From Arcobacteraceae bacterium (GTDB taxonomy: Bacteria; Campylobacterota; Campylobacteria; Campylobacterales; Arcobacteraceae): a stretch of DNA of 64,000 nucleotides. The notes under the pieces are model-generated. The model did no database searches. It had not been told where the DNA came from and saw only the letters and a program-made list of their open reading frames with translations. Shown here piece after piece: positions 54,524-63,846 of the stretch; the stretch's first letter is position 1, and each line of letters starts with the position of its first letter. The position numbers and the translations under genes are program-made. The stretch lies in contig JAGLOP010000008.1 in the NCBI GenBank assembly GCA_023138835.1, forward strand, positions 1,149 to 65,148. Direction: 5' to 3'.

Positions 54524-55357
54524 ATGAGTAAAAAACATTTAAAAGAGTTTATAGGTTTTGGTGTTGCAGGAAATTTTGCACACCATTTAGTTCAAGCAGG
54601 GGAAGCTGATGATTTTGTGAATGTTAAAGTCGATGATGAAAACGCACCTAAAGGGATATTCCCTTTTTATTTACCTGGCAGTAATAGTTTTTTAGGTACT
54701 TATCCTTTATCATCTGATACTATTATCTCCCCAAAGATAACTAATGGAAATTTACAAATGGAGCCGGAAGTTGCTTTAATTTGTGATTTTGTCTATAAAG
54801 ATGGACAAGTTGTAGATATTCAACCAAACTTTTTCACAGCATACAATGACTGTAGTATCAGAAAACCGGATGCTAAGAAAATCAGTGAAAAGAAAAACTG
54901 GGGAGAAAATACAAAAGGGATCTCATCTCAAATTATACCCTTAGATAAATTTGAAAAGGGCGGGGTAATGGATAATTATTATATTGCATCATTTTTAAAA
55001 AGAGATGGAAAACTATATGAATATGGTGAAGATAGTGCAGTATTAACATATAATTATTTTTATACTCAATTAAAGAAGTGGATAATAAGCAAACTGAATA
55101 CTCAACAAGATGATGGTCCATTAGAAAATTTATCAAAGCATCTAAAAGATTGTGATTATCCAAAAGCAATGATTATAAGTATAGGTGCTACAAGTTATAC
55201 AAAATTTGGTGAGACAACTTTTCTAAGAGCTGGGGATGAGATTTATGTATGTGTTTATGATAAAAGTCAAAATAGTTTTGATGATATTAAAATGAAATTG
55301 GCAAATGGAGAAACTACTATATCTGGTAGCTCTATTTTATATCAAAACATTAAGTAA
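54524..55357 (+). CDS. hypothetical protein
   Basis: 277-aa ORF with GAGGA upstream. No motif recognised. Confidence 0.65.
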   Translation: MSKKHLKEFIGFGVAGNFAHHLVQAGEADDFVNVKVDDENAPKGIFPFYLPGSNSFLGTYPLSSDTIISPKITNGNLQMEPEVALICDFVYKDGQVVDIQPNFFTAYNDCSIRKPDAKKISEKKNWGENTKGISSQIIPLDKFEKGGVMDNYYIASFLKRDGKLYEYGEDSAVLTYNYFYTQLKKWIISKLNTQQDDGPLENLSKHLKDCDYPKAMIISIGATSYTKFGETTFLRAGDEIYVCVYDKSQNSFDDIKMKLANGETTISGSSILYQNIK

Positions 55358-55421
55358 ATAAAAGAATAAATTATTAAACAATTAGCTATAATTGCATTTT
55401 TAAAATTAAGGGAAAACTATT

Positions 55422-56702
55422 ATGATAACAGATGAAGAGATATTAACATATCACAAAGGTGGTAAAATAGGAACATTAGTAACTAAAGATTGTGAAACAC
55501 AAAAAGATTTATCTTTAGCATATACTCCCGGGGTTGCATTGCCTTGTAAAGAGATTGAAAGAGACCCGTCACTTGCATATGAATATACTGCAAAAGGAAA
55601 TATGGTTGCAGTAATAACTGACGGTACAGCAGTTTTGGGGCTGGGTGATATTGGAGCATTAGCTTCTAAGCCGGTTATGGAAGGTAAAGTTGTTTTATTC
55701 AAAAAGTTTGCAAATGTAGATGGTGTGGATATAGAAGTAGATGAGAAAGACCCCCAAAAATTCATAGATATTTGTGCAGCTATCAGTCCAAGTTTTGGCG
55801 GGATAAATCTAGAAGATATTAAAGCACCAAAATGTTTTGAAATTGAAAAGAAATTACAAGAGAGACTGGATATACCAGTAATGCACGATGATCAGCATGG
55901 AACAGCTATTATCACAACAGCAGCTCTTTTAAATGCAAGTGAGCTTGTAAATAAAAAAATTGAAGATATGAAAATAGTTGTTTTAGGTGCGGGAGCTGCT
56001 GCTATGACTTGTGCCAAGATGTATAAAAAAATTGGAGCAGCTAATATTTGTATGTGTGATAGCAAAGGTGTGATTAATCATAAAAGAACAGATTTAAATG
56101 AGTATAAAAAAGAATTTATAGTTCAAACTGATGATGAAACAATGGCAGATGCTATTAAAAATGCTGATATGCTTCTAGGTTTAAGTGTTGCTAATACAGT
56201 TTCAAAAGAGATGATATCTACAATGGCAAAAGATCCTATTATCCTTGTACTTGCAAATCCAACTCCTGAAATTTTACCTGAAGAGATTAAAGCTGTAAGA
56301 GATGATGCGATTATAGGAACAGGAAGAAGTGATTATCCAAATCAAGTAAACAATGTATTAGGTTTCCCATTTATTTTTAGAGGTGCTTTAGATGTTCGTG
56401 CTAAAAAAATCACAGAAAATATGAAAATGGCTGCAGCTAAAGCTTTGGCTGCATTGGCAAAAGAACCAATTCCATATTATGTAAAAGCTGCTTATGATGA
56501 TCAAAATTTAGAGTATGGAAAAGAGCATATTATTCCTAAACCATTTAATAAAGAGGTTCAAATCTGGGTATCTTCAGCAATTGCACAAGCTGCGATTGAA
56601 GATGGTGTTACTGATATAAAAGATTTTGATATTGAAGCTTATCGAAAGCAATTAAGACATATGGTATATTTTAATTCTAATAGTGCAACTTGTGCTATTT
56701 AA
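55422..56702 (+). CDS. NAD(P)-dependent malic enzyme (malic domain only)
   Basis: LSLAYTPGVA..VITDGTAVLGLGDIG..MEGK..FGGINLEDI..DDQHGTA..VVLGAGAAA. Confidence 0.88.
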   Translation: MITDEEILTYHKGGKIGTLVTKDCETQKDLSLAYTPGVALPCKEIERDPSLAYEYTAKGNMVAVITDGTAVLGLGDIGALASKPVMEGKVVLFKKFANVDGVDIEVDEKDPQKFIDICAAISPSFGGINLEDIKAPKCFEIEKKLQERLDIPVMHDDQHGTAIITTAALLNASELVNKKIEDMKIVVLGAGAAAMTCAKMYKKIGAANICMCDSKGVINHKRTDLNEYKKEFIVQTDDETMADAIKNADMLLGLSVANTVSKEMISTMAKDPIILVLANPTPEILPEEIKAVRDDAIIGTGRSDYPNQVNNVLGFPFIFRGALDVRAKKITENMKMAAAKALAALAKEPIPYYVKAAYDDQNLEYGKEHIIPKPFNKEVQIWVSSAIAQAAIEDGVTDIKDFDIEAYRKQLRHMVYFNSNSATCAI

Positions 56703-56865
56703 GATAAGTAACTATTGACATAATAAAAATTATAACTGCTATAGTTACAAATATATCTTTCATTTTTAAAGTGGGATTTAATACCCCGCAATAGGGGCAT
56801 CTTCTTACCCCTTTAATTATCTCATGTTTACAGTATCTACAAGATTCTGTGATTTGTTTTTCCAT
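56695..56865 (-). CDS. 56-aa zinc-ribbon plus C-terminal TM protein, not in track
   Basis: MEKQITESCRYCKHEIIKGVRRCPYCG.. then a hydrophobic tail. The ATG abuts the upstream stop (TAGATG). The 3' end overlaps the malic enzyme stop by 8 nt. Confidence 0.45.
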   Translation of the reverse strand: MEKQITESCRYCKHEIIKGVRRCPYCGVLNPTLKMKDIFVTIAVIIFIMSIVTYLK

Positions 56866-57621
56866 CTATTTTATATCGTTAAATGCACTTGGTAATGGCG
56901 GATGTGTGCTAAAAACTTTTTCTAGTGCATCTGGCATTCTATATTGTAATTTACTTCCATCCAATGGATGAAGAAATTGAAAATGTACTCTTGCATATTC
57001 CTCTTGTGTAGATTTTCTAAATACAAAGGCAATCTTTTTTTGCATCTGAATACATTTATCATAAATACTTTTTGCATAATTATAAATATTAATAAATTCA
57101 CTTCGATTTATTTTATGACCCCACGCAAAAAATACAAATTTACCATTTATTTTAAAATTATTTAGATCAATATAGTTTGATTCTTTATGAAATTTTGTAA
57201 ATTGATTTGTATTTAACATCTCTGTATCATCATTAAGTGAGACTAATATCTCTGAAACATCAATTTTTTTGATATTAAGATTGAAAAGTGTCCGTATCTC
57301 TACTAATTGCCCTTCATATCCTTTAATACTAGCTCTAAACATAGTAATTTCTCTTTCAATTTTAAGATGATGAAAACCAGCATCAAAATCAAAATCTTGA
57401 CTTGCTAAACTTTTCTTTTCATCATAACCAATAGGGTAGTAATAAGGATTGTACATAAAAATTGTACCGGCTATATTTTTCTTTTTAAGTTTTTGATTTT
57501 TGATTAACTGTTCTAACTCTTCAATAGTTAAGTCATCTTCACCTTCCTTGTTGAAATATAAATAACTCTCAACTAAAAATTCTTCATTAAATTCGGTTGT
57601 ATATTGTCCAAAAAATTGCAT
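56866..57621 (-). CDS. hypothetical protein
   Basis: AAAGGA 8 nt before ATG 57621. The track's longer start at 57654 would overlap the helicase gene. Confidence 0.65.
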   Translation of the reverse strand: MQFFGQYTTEFNEEFLVESYLYFNKEGEDDLTIEELEQLIKNQKLKKKNIAGTIFMYNPYYYPIGYDEKKSLASQDFDFDAGFHHLKIEREITMFRASIKGYEGQLVEIRTLFNLNIKKIDVSEILVSLNDDTEMLNTNQFTKFHKESNYIDLNNFKINGKFVFFAWGHKINRSEFINIYNYAKSIYDKCIQMQKKIAFVFRKSTQEEYARVHFQFLHPLDGSKLQYRMPDALEKVFSTHPPLPSAFNDIK

Positions 57622-57625
57622 TTTA

Positions 57626-58912
57626 TTAATCCTTTCTAAAATTCCGACCAGCATCTCTTTTAGTCGTTCTTTTAGATTTTTTATTAGTATTTGTTTTAGC
57701 CTTAGGCTTTCTGTCTAGTTTGCCTTTTTTCTGACTTAAAGATTTTCTTTGTTGTTGTCTTTGTCTTGGCTGTCTGTCTTTTAATTCAAAACCGTCTTCA
57801 ATTGTTCTTTTGATGCTTAATTTTAAATCTCTTTCAATTTTTGTAAATCTGTTATAATCTTTTACAGTCAATAATGTTATCACATTCCCTTTATGATTTG
57901 CACGACCTGTTCTTCCAACTCTATGTGTAAATTCATCTGTAGTTTCAGGAAGCTCATAATTGATTACCAAAGGAAGTTCATGAATATCAATACCACGAGC
58001 TGCAATATCAGTAGCAACTAAAACCTGAGCTTTTTTACTTCTAAAAGATTTGATATTTTTAGTTCGCTCTTTAGAGTCTAAATTACCATGAATTGCAACT
58101 GCTTTGATACCTTTGTTTACAAGATAGCTGGTTATTTCATCTGCTGTATCTTTCATATTTATAAAGAGTAATATCTGTTTATTTTCATCTTTTTTGATAA
58201 TATGAGCTAAAAGTTCATTTTTTCTTTTTACATCTATTTTAAAAGCTTGATGTTCAATTAGGCTTACTACATCTCTTCTTTGAGAAACTTCTATTGTTAC
58301 TGGATTTTTTAGGAATTCTTTACCCAGTTTTTTAATATTCTGAGAAATAGTTGCAGAAAACATCATAATTTGTCTATAAGTTGAGCAAGAAGAAAGGATA
58401 AACTCTATCTCTTTAATAAATCCCATCTCAAGCATAGTATCTGCTTCATCAAGTACAATCATATTTACACTGCTCAAATTGATATTATCATCTTCTATAA
58501 AAGATTTTAATCGTCCAGGTGTTGAAACAATGATATCTATACCAGTATCAAGTTTTGTAAGTTGTGAAGCTTTACTGACTCCACCTTGAATTTTAGTATG
58601 TCTAAGTTTTAAATGCTTTCCATACTCTCCAATCCAAAGTGAAACTTGATCTACTAATTCTCGCGTAGGAACTAAAATCAAACCTCTTAAAACTCTATGG
58701 TTAGGTTTTAAAGTTTTATGCATTTTTTCTAACATAGGAAGTACAAAAGAAGCAGTCTTCCCCGTACCTGATTTTGAAGCCGCAATTAAATCGATACCTT
58801 TACAAGCTATAGGAATAACTTTTTTTTGAATAGAAGTAGGGTGTTCATAGCCAACTTCTTGTATTGCTTTTATAATTTGCGGATTTAAATTTAGTTTTTC
58901 AAATGATTTGAT
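57626..58912 (-). CDS. DEAD-box ATP-dependent RNA helicase
   Basis: Motifs PTRELV, TPGR, DEAD (VLDEAD), SAT, HRVGRTGR, and a basic tail. The Q motif and motif I (ASKSGTGKT) lie upstream of the track's ATG in the same open frame. The only possible start there is ATC 58912 behind TAAGGA. Confidence 0.85.
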   Translation of the reverse strand: MKSFEKLNLNPQIIKAIQEVGYEHPTSIQKKVIPIACKGIDLIAASKSGTGKTASFVLPMLEKMHKTLKPNHRVLRGLILVPTRELVDQVSLWIGEYGKHLKLRHTKIQGGVSKASQLTKLDTGIDIIVSTPGRLKSFIEDDNINLSSVNMIVLDEADTMLEMGFIKEIEFILSSCSTYRQIMMFSATISQNIKKLGKEFLKNPVTIEVSQRRDVVSLIEHQAFKIDVKRKNELLAHIIKKDENKQILLFINMKDTADEITSYLVNKGIKAVAIHGNLDSKERTKNIKSFRSKKAQVLVATDIAARGIDIHELPLVINYELPETTDEFTHRVGRTGRANHKGNVITLLTVKDYNRFTKIERDLKLSIKRTIEDGFELKDRQPRQRQQQRKSLSQKKGKLDRKPKAKTNTNKKSKRTTKRDAGRNFRKD

Positions 58913-59054
58913 ATATTGTCCTTAGTTGTTATTTAATTTAAGTTTATTATTATACCACAAACTTAATTACATTGATTTAAATGAAAAATTAATGTCATAT
59001 ACAACAATAAATATAAGGTAAAATTGTATAGACTAATATATAAAACTATAGGAT

Positions 59055-59639
59055 ATGAAAATGGATTTTGAAATAGGCGGAAGTAATTATTTTATTATAT
59101 TAGTAATTATTGCACTTATATCAGTTATAGGTTTAGTGGCTGTATGGTCAAAAATTTTTATTATAAGTCAATATTACACTTTGATTAGAATTTTTGACAG
59201 AGTAGCTAAAATATATGCATGGTTATATTCTATATTTTTTGACAGTGTCGAAAATTTTGAACGAAAATACTCTAGATTTAGTTCAAATAAGTATAAAAAG
59301 AAAAGGCAACAGCAATCGTATTCTTTTTATACTGATTTTAATCAGAAATCTAAATATAAGAATTTTAATAAACAATCAATATCAAATAATTTATTTACCA
59401 ATGATCCAAAATACAATCAATTTTTCTTAGACTCTGATTATGAAGTACTTGGTGTTCCATACAAATCAAATTTTAGAAAAGTGACAAGACCGGCTTATAT
59501 TGAATTAATTAACAAGTATCATGAAGATAAAATGACAACAATTCATAAAATATTTGATAAAAGATTGTACGATGAGATTAGTAAACGAATAAATGCAGCA
59601 TACGATAATTTAAAAAGAGAACATCATACTAGTTTATAG
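59055..59639 (+). CDS. membrane-anchored J-domain-like protein (HPD replaced by HED)
   Basis: N-terminal TM helices. DYEVLGVPYKSNFRKVTRPAYIELINKYHEDK. Confidence 0.6.
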   Translation: MKMDFEIGGSNYFIILVIIALISVIGLVAVWSKIFIISQYYTLIRIFDRVAKIYAWLYSIFFDSVENFERKYSRFSSNKYKKKRQQQSYSFYTDFNQKSKYKNFNKQSISNNLFTNDPKYNQFFLDSDYEVLGVPYKSNFRKVTRPAYIELINKYHEDKMTTIHKIFDKRLYDEISKRINAAYDNLKREHHTSL

Positions 59640-59692
59640 TATAGGTAATAAAAATAGTTAGATTTGCAGTGTAATTTTATTTGAAATATAGT

Positions 59693-59769
59693 TGGAGCGG
59701 GTGACGCGACTCGAACGCGCGACAATCTGCTTGGAAGGCAGAGGCTCTAGCCAACTGAGCTACACCCGC
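59693..59769 (-). tRNA. tRNA-Gly(UCC)
   Basis: GCGGGTG acceptor, TCTGC-CTTCCAA-GCAGA anticodon arm, encoded CCA. Confidence 0.9.
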
Positions 59770-59803
59770 ATAAAAATACATTTTTACTAAAACGTATAAA
59801 AAA

Positions 59804-59880
59804 TGGTGGGTCCAGAAGGACTCGAACCTTCGACCACTCGGTTATGAGCCGAGTGCTCTAACCAGCTGAGCTATGGACCC
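59804..59880 (-). tRNA. tRNA with CAU anticodon (elongator Met or lysidine-Ile; not initiator)
   Basis: GGGTCCA acceptor with a paired G1-C72, CTCGG-CTCATAA-CCGAG anticodon arm, encoded CCA. Confidence 0.85.
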
Positions 59881-59922
59881 ATTCTAAAATTATTATATCT
59901 TAAAATCAGATGGAATTATAAT

Positions 59923-59957
59923 AAAACTCAAATTAAAAATACCTTAATTTGAGTTTT
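59923..59957. terminator. bidirectional terminator after the GGDEF gene
   Basis: AAAACTCAAATTAA-AAATACC-TTAATTTGAGTTTT is a perfect 14-bp stem including A/T tracts. Confidence 0.6.
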
Positions 59958-59971
59958 ATTTATAATTATTT

Positions 59972-60925
59972 TTAAAATAAATCAAATTCCCCAGTATCTT
60001 CTTCAAATTTTAAAACTTTATTTCTTCCACTATCTCGAGCATCGCTTAAGGCTATTTCAGCTTTTTGAACTGCTTCATCGATGTTTGATGCATCTTGTGG
60101 AAACATTGAAATACCAATACATACAGTCTTTTTAAAGTTATCTCCATTTGGTGATTTTAAATATACACTTGCCAATTTATCTTTTAAATCATTTGCTATT
60201 TGACTTGTTTTTTCTTCATTAATAACATTTATTAATAATACCAAAAATTCACCACCGCTAAATCTAATTGCAATATCTGAAGTTCTAATTGTATCTTGTA
60301 TAGTATTGGCATATAATTTTAAAAATTCATCTCCAAAATTTGTGCCATGCTCATCATTAACTGCTCTAAATCTATCTATATTTATAAGTAAAATACCAAT
60401 ATTCATTTTTTCTCGCAAGACCAGCGGAATTAATCCTTTCATATCTTCTTGAAATGAAAGCCTGTTTTTAAGTTGTGTAAGAGAATCTATGTGCGATGAT
60501 TGTGCCAAAGCCAATAAAACAAATTGAATATAAAGTATAGAAGATGTTTCAGTTAAAAAACAATTTAAATATACTTTATTAAAATCATTTAATGAAGAGT
60601 TATCTAATAAAAATGTAATAGTTGTCCCCACATTAACAGTTTTGCAAAAACTGTAGCTAAAAAAAGATTCATCGCCTGATTGATATTGTGCAGTTTCAAT
60701 ATTGTTAATTGTTTCTATAATTTTAAAATGTTCTATACTAAATTCTTGTTTTAAAAATTTAGAAATTTGAGTATAAAGAGAATCCATGTTGGGACTATCA
60801 GAGGTGGAAGATTTAAAATTATTAATATTTATCAAGGCAGATACAATTTTTTTGACATCATTTAGCTGTGTTTCACTGATAATACTGTTAAGTTGATTTA
60901 TTAGCGGGTTGTCTATTATTTGCAT
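59972..60925 (-). CDS. diguanylate cyclase (GGDEF domain) with N-terminal sensor region
   Basis: DSLTQLKNR..FRAVNDEHG..RFSGGEFLVLL..ALSDARDSGRN. Confidence 0.88.
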   Translation of the reverse strand: MQIIDNPLINQLNSIISETQLNDVKKIVSALININNFKSSTSDSPNMDSLYTQISKFLKQEFSIEHFKIIETINNIETAQYQSGDESFFSYSFCKTVNVGTTITFLLDNSSLNDFNKVYLNCFLTETSSILYIQFVLLALAQSSHIDSLTQLKNRLSFQEDMKGLIPLVLREKMNIGILLINIDRFRAVNDEHGTNFGDEFLKLYANTIQDTIRTSDIAIRFSGGEFLVLLINVINEEKTSQIANDLKDKLASVYLKSPNGDNFKKTVCIGISMFPQDASNIDEAVQKAEIALSDARDSGRNKVLKFEEDTGEFDLF

Positions 60926-61046
60926 TAATCACCTACTTTTAAATATAAATTATATAAGTGTAGTGTATCACACTATATTAAAAGATTCTCTAAAATAAGA
61001 TAATTATAGTATAATCACAAATAAATAGAAATAAGGTGGTAAATAT

Positions 61047-61457
61047 ATGCAGTCTTGTCAAAATAATAAAAAAGTTATCTATAAAAAAGCGTTTTCATTG
61101 ATGGAGCTTATGGTTGTAATCATTATCCTTGGGCTCTTGGCATCCTTTGTGCTGCCAAGTTTAACAAAAAAAGGTGAAGAGGCTAAACAAAAGCTTACAT
61201 GTATCCAGATGAAAAGTATTTCGTCGGCACTTAAAATGTATAAAATTGATAATTCTGTTTACCCAACAACTTCTGATGGTTTAAATTTATTAGCTAGTCA
61301 AGATTATTTTGAAGATAAAAAATTACCTAAGGATTCTTGGGGAAATGATTTTATATATACTAATTCAGGTGATACTTTTGAGATTTTATCTTTGGGAGTT
61401 GATCAAAAAGAGGGTGGAAATGATGATGTTTTCTATTCTAAATGCGGCGATAAATAG
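61047..61457 (+). CDS. gspG: type II secretion/competence major pseudopilin GspG
   Basis: Prepilin leader and FSLMELMVVIIILGLLA. DSWGNDFIY..ILSLGVDQKEGGNDD. Confidence 0.85.
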   Translation: MQSCQNNKKVIYKKAFSLMELMVVIIILGLLASFVLPSLTKKGEEAKQKLTCIQMKSISSALKMYKIDNSVYPTTSDGLNLLASQDYFEDKKLPKDSWGNDFIYTNSGDTFEILSLGVDQKEGGNDDVFYSKCGDK

Positions 61458-61461
61458 ATAG

Positions 61462-61986
61462 TTGTATAAAAAAGCTTTTACACTTTTTGAGTTACTTATA
61501 GTAATAGGTTTAGTTTCTATTATTTATTATATGACACTTTCTAACTTTAGTATGAAACAAAAAAATAAAGATTTTGTTACTTTATCAAATTTAAAACAGA
61601 GTTTATTAAAGTTTGATTTTAAAGATAAAATTAGTTTAAAATGTGTTGATGATGAGAATGTTGATTGCTTGGTTATAATTGATGATAATATACAAAATGA
61701 GAAGATCAGTAAACTTTTTAAAAGTTGTCCTGATGTTTATGAATATTCAAAAGATCAAACAAGAATGGAATTTGATGATTTGGAATTAGAACAACTTCTC
61801 AGATTAGAAATTTGTTTTGAATTTGAAGTGAATAAAAATGGATATAGTTCTCAAATGATTGTTGATACACATGATGAGGTGTTTATTTATGATAATATAT
61901 CCCAAAAGCCAAAAAAAATAAAATATATAAATGATATTGGACTGTACTTTGATGAGAAAAATGATGAGGTAAAAAATGCTTTTTAA
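61462..61986 (+). CDS. pseudopilin-like protein
   Basis: TTG start. KKAFTLFELLIVIGLVSII N-terminus. Confidence 0.6.
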   Translation: MYKKAFTLFELLIVIGLVSIIYYMTLSNFSMKQKNKDFVTLSNLKQSLLKFDFKDKISLKCVDDENVDCLVIIDDNIQNEKISKLFKSCPDVYEYSKDQTRMEFDDLELEQLLRLEICFEFEVNKNGYSSQMIVDTHDEVFIYDNISQKPKKIKYINDIGLYFDEKNDEVKNAF

Positions 61987-63193
61987 GTATAAAGGTTTTG
62001 ATAGTTTAGGACAAAAACTAAAATCCACTGTTGAAGCTTCAAATATAAAAGAGGCAAAAGCAAAATTAAAAGTTAAAAAAATTATTTACACAGAGATAAA
62101 AGAAAATAGATTTAACTTTACTGATTCTTTATCGTTTAGAAAAGCCCATAAAATTGATTCTTTAATATTGTCTGTAATTAGCCGTGATTTAAGTATCTAT
62201 TTGAAATCCGGAATTTCACTTTTAAACGCAATTAAACTTATTAATGAAAGATATAAAAAAGATAGAAAATTAAGTCCTTTTTTTGAATCACTTGTTACAT
62301 TTTTGGATGAGGGTAAAAATTTTTATACAGCACTTAGTGTACAAAAATCAGTAATACTTCCTGAATTTTATATGCAGTCAATTCGTATTAGTGAAGATGG
62401 CGGGATTTTAGAGACAGTTTTAGTAGAACTTGCCAATTATTTAAAAGAAGAAGATAAAATAAGTAAACAAATTAAGGCGAGCTTAGCATATCCCGCTTTT
62501 ATATTGGGAGTTTCTGTTTTGATGGTAGGCTTTATGTTAAGCTTTATAGTACCTAAGATTACTGCTATTTTTGAACAATATGATCAAGCTTTACCACCTA
62601 TTACGGCATTTGTGATTAAAGCCGGTGATTTTGTTAATGATTATTATCAAATTTTATTTATTGGTGTTTTTGCATTTATATTTGGGTTTGCTTTTATGAT
62701 GAAAAAATCATATAATTTTAAATATGCTGTAGATACATTTATGCTAAAAGTACCTTTTATAGGTTCATTAATTCAGTTAGGTGAACTTAGCCGTTTTGCA
62801 TATATGAATTCTATTTTGATTAAATCTGGAGTGCCTATTGTTCAATCTTTTAAGCTTGGTGCAAATATTTTAAAGAATTCAGTAATCAAAAAACTTTTTG
62901 AAGAAGCCAGTCTTAAAGTAGTTGAGGGTGAGCGACTTTCAAAAATACTTGATAATTCTAAGATATATAAAGTAGATATAGCTTTTATTCAAGCAATTGC
63001 GATTGGAGAGGAAACAAGCCAATTAAGTATAATTTTGCAAAATCTGTCAGAACTGTATTCTGAAGCAAATAAAGATAAAATTGGTTTGTTTTTATCCCTT
63101 CTTGAACCTGCTTTTATGTTAATTGTAGGTTCTGTTATTGGACTTATTGTTGTTGCTATGCTGTTACCTATTTTTAGTATGAATTTTGGATAA
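61976..63193 (+). CDS. gspF: type II secretion/type IV pilus platform protein GspF/PilC
   Basis: 405 aa with two T2SSF-type repeats and 3 TM helices (AYPAFILGVSVLMVGFML, LLEPAFMLIVGSVIGLIVVAML). Confidence 0.85.
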   Translation: MLFKYKGFDSLGQKLKSTVEASNIKEAKAKLKVKKIIYTEIKENRFNFTDSLSFRKAHKIDSLILSVISRDLSIYLKSGISLLNAIKLINERYKKDRKLSPFFESLVTFLDEGKNFYTALSVQKSVILPEFYMQSIRISEDGGILETVLVELANYLKEEDKISKQIKASLAYPAFILGVSVLMVGFMLSFIVPKITAIFEQYDQALPPITAFVIKAGDFVNDYYQILFIGVFAFIFGFAFMMKKSYNFKYAVDTFMLKVPFIGSLIQLGELSRFAYMNSILIKSGVPIVQSFKLGANILKNSVIKKLFEEASLKVVEGERLSKILDNSKIYKVDIAFIQAIAIGEETSQLSIILQNLSELYSEANKDKIGLFLSLLEPAFMLIVGSVIGLIVVAMLLPIFSMNFG

Positions 63194-63204
63194 TAAAGAT
63201 TATT

Positions 63205-63846
63205 GTGAATTCTAAAAAAAGTATAGTTTTACTTATCACTTTATTTTTTATATCTGCTATATCTATTTTAATTTTACAAAATTTAAAAGATACTGAGCAA
63301 TTTTTAGATGAGTTGTCATCCGGAAGTTCATTGTCTCAGATTCAAATCACTATTGATAATGTTAGAGAAGAAGTACCAAAATATTTAAATAAAAATAAAG
63401 ATGATATAGATGAGATATTAAATAATACACAGGTAGTTGCATTGCAAGTTGGCAATGTTGATATTTTATTAAATATTGAAGATTATAGTTTGACTCAATT
63501 TAACATAAATAATTTAACTACAAAGATGACTTCATCTGAAGATTTTACAAATAATATAAATTATAAGTATGATTTCTTAGAAATTGTCAATGAACATAAA
63601 AAAGAGGGTAATTATACGAATACTCATCAAATACAACAAACTATAAAAGAATATATAAAATTAACCAAAGATAAAGATATCTTAAATATAAAAGATGAGT
63701 TTACTTATCTAAAAGATATAAATGGAACTAAACTAATTCAATGTAACTATTCTATAAAAGTGAATGAGGAAAGTTGTGATGTCTCTTTTATATTTGATTT
63801 AAGTTCATCAACTGTAAAAGACTTTAACATCATCAATATCTTTTAA
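63205..63846 (+). CDS. hypothetical N-terminally anchored protein (possible minor pseudopilin/GspK-like)
   Basis: GTG start and a hydrophobic N-terminus SIVLLITLFFISAISILIL. Function is assigned by position only. Confidence 0.5.
   Translation: MNSKKSIVLLITLFFISAISILILQNLKDTEQFLDELSSGSSLSQIQITIDNVREEVPKYLNKNKDDIDEILNNTQVVALQVGNVDILLNIEDYSLTQFNINNLTTKMTSSEDFTNNINYKYDFLEIVNEHKKEGNYTNTHQIQQTIKEYIKLTKDKDILNIKDEFTYLKDINGTKLIQCNYSIKVNEESCDVSFIFDLSSSTVKDFNIINIF

Noticed and set aside
1434-55765. Remaining short antisense or alternate-frame track ORFs: 1434, 3677, 7211, 10498, 14283, 14428, 18823, 20333, 21725, 23094, 23943, 25159, 30114, 30305, 31418, 31575, 33074, 34012, 34730, 35566, 37010, 37886, 38799, 40539, 41694, 42019, 44301, 44762, 45070, 45629, 46656, 47106, 48843, 49290, 52131, 52709, 53646, 54933, 55451; also 56968, 59215 and 61804
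   Set aside because: Each lies wholly inside a longer ORF that carries recognisable motifs or operon context. They lack SD sequences and have skewed composition.
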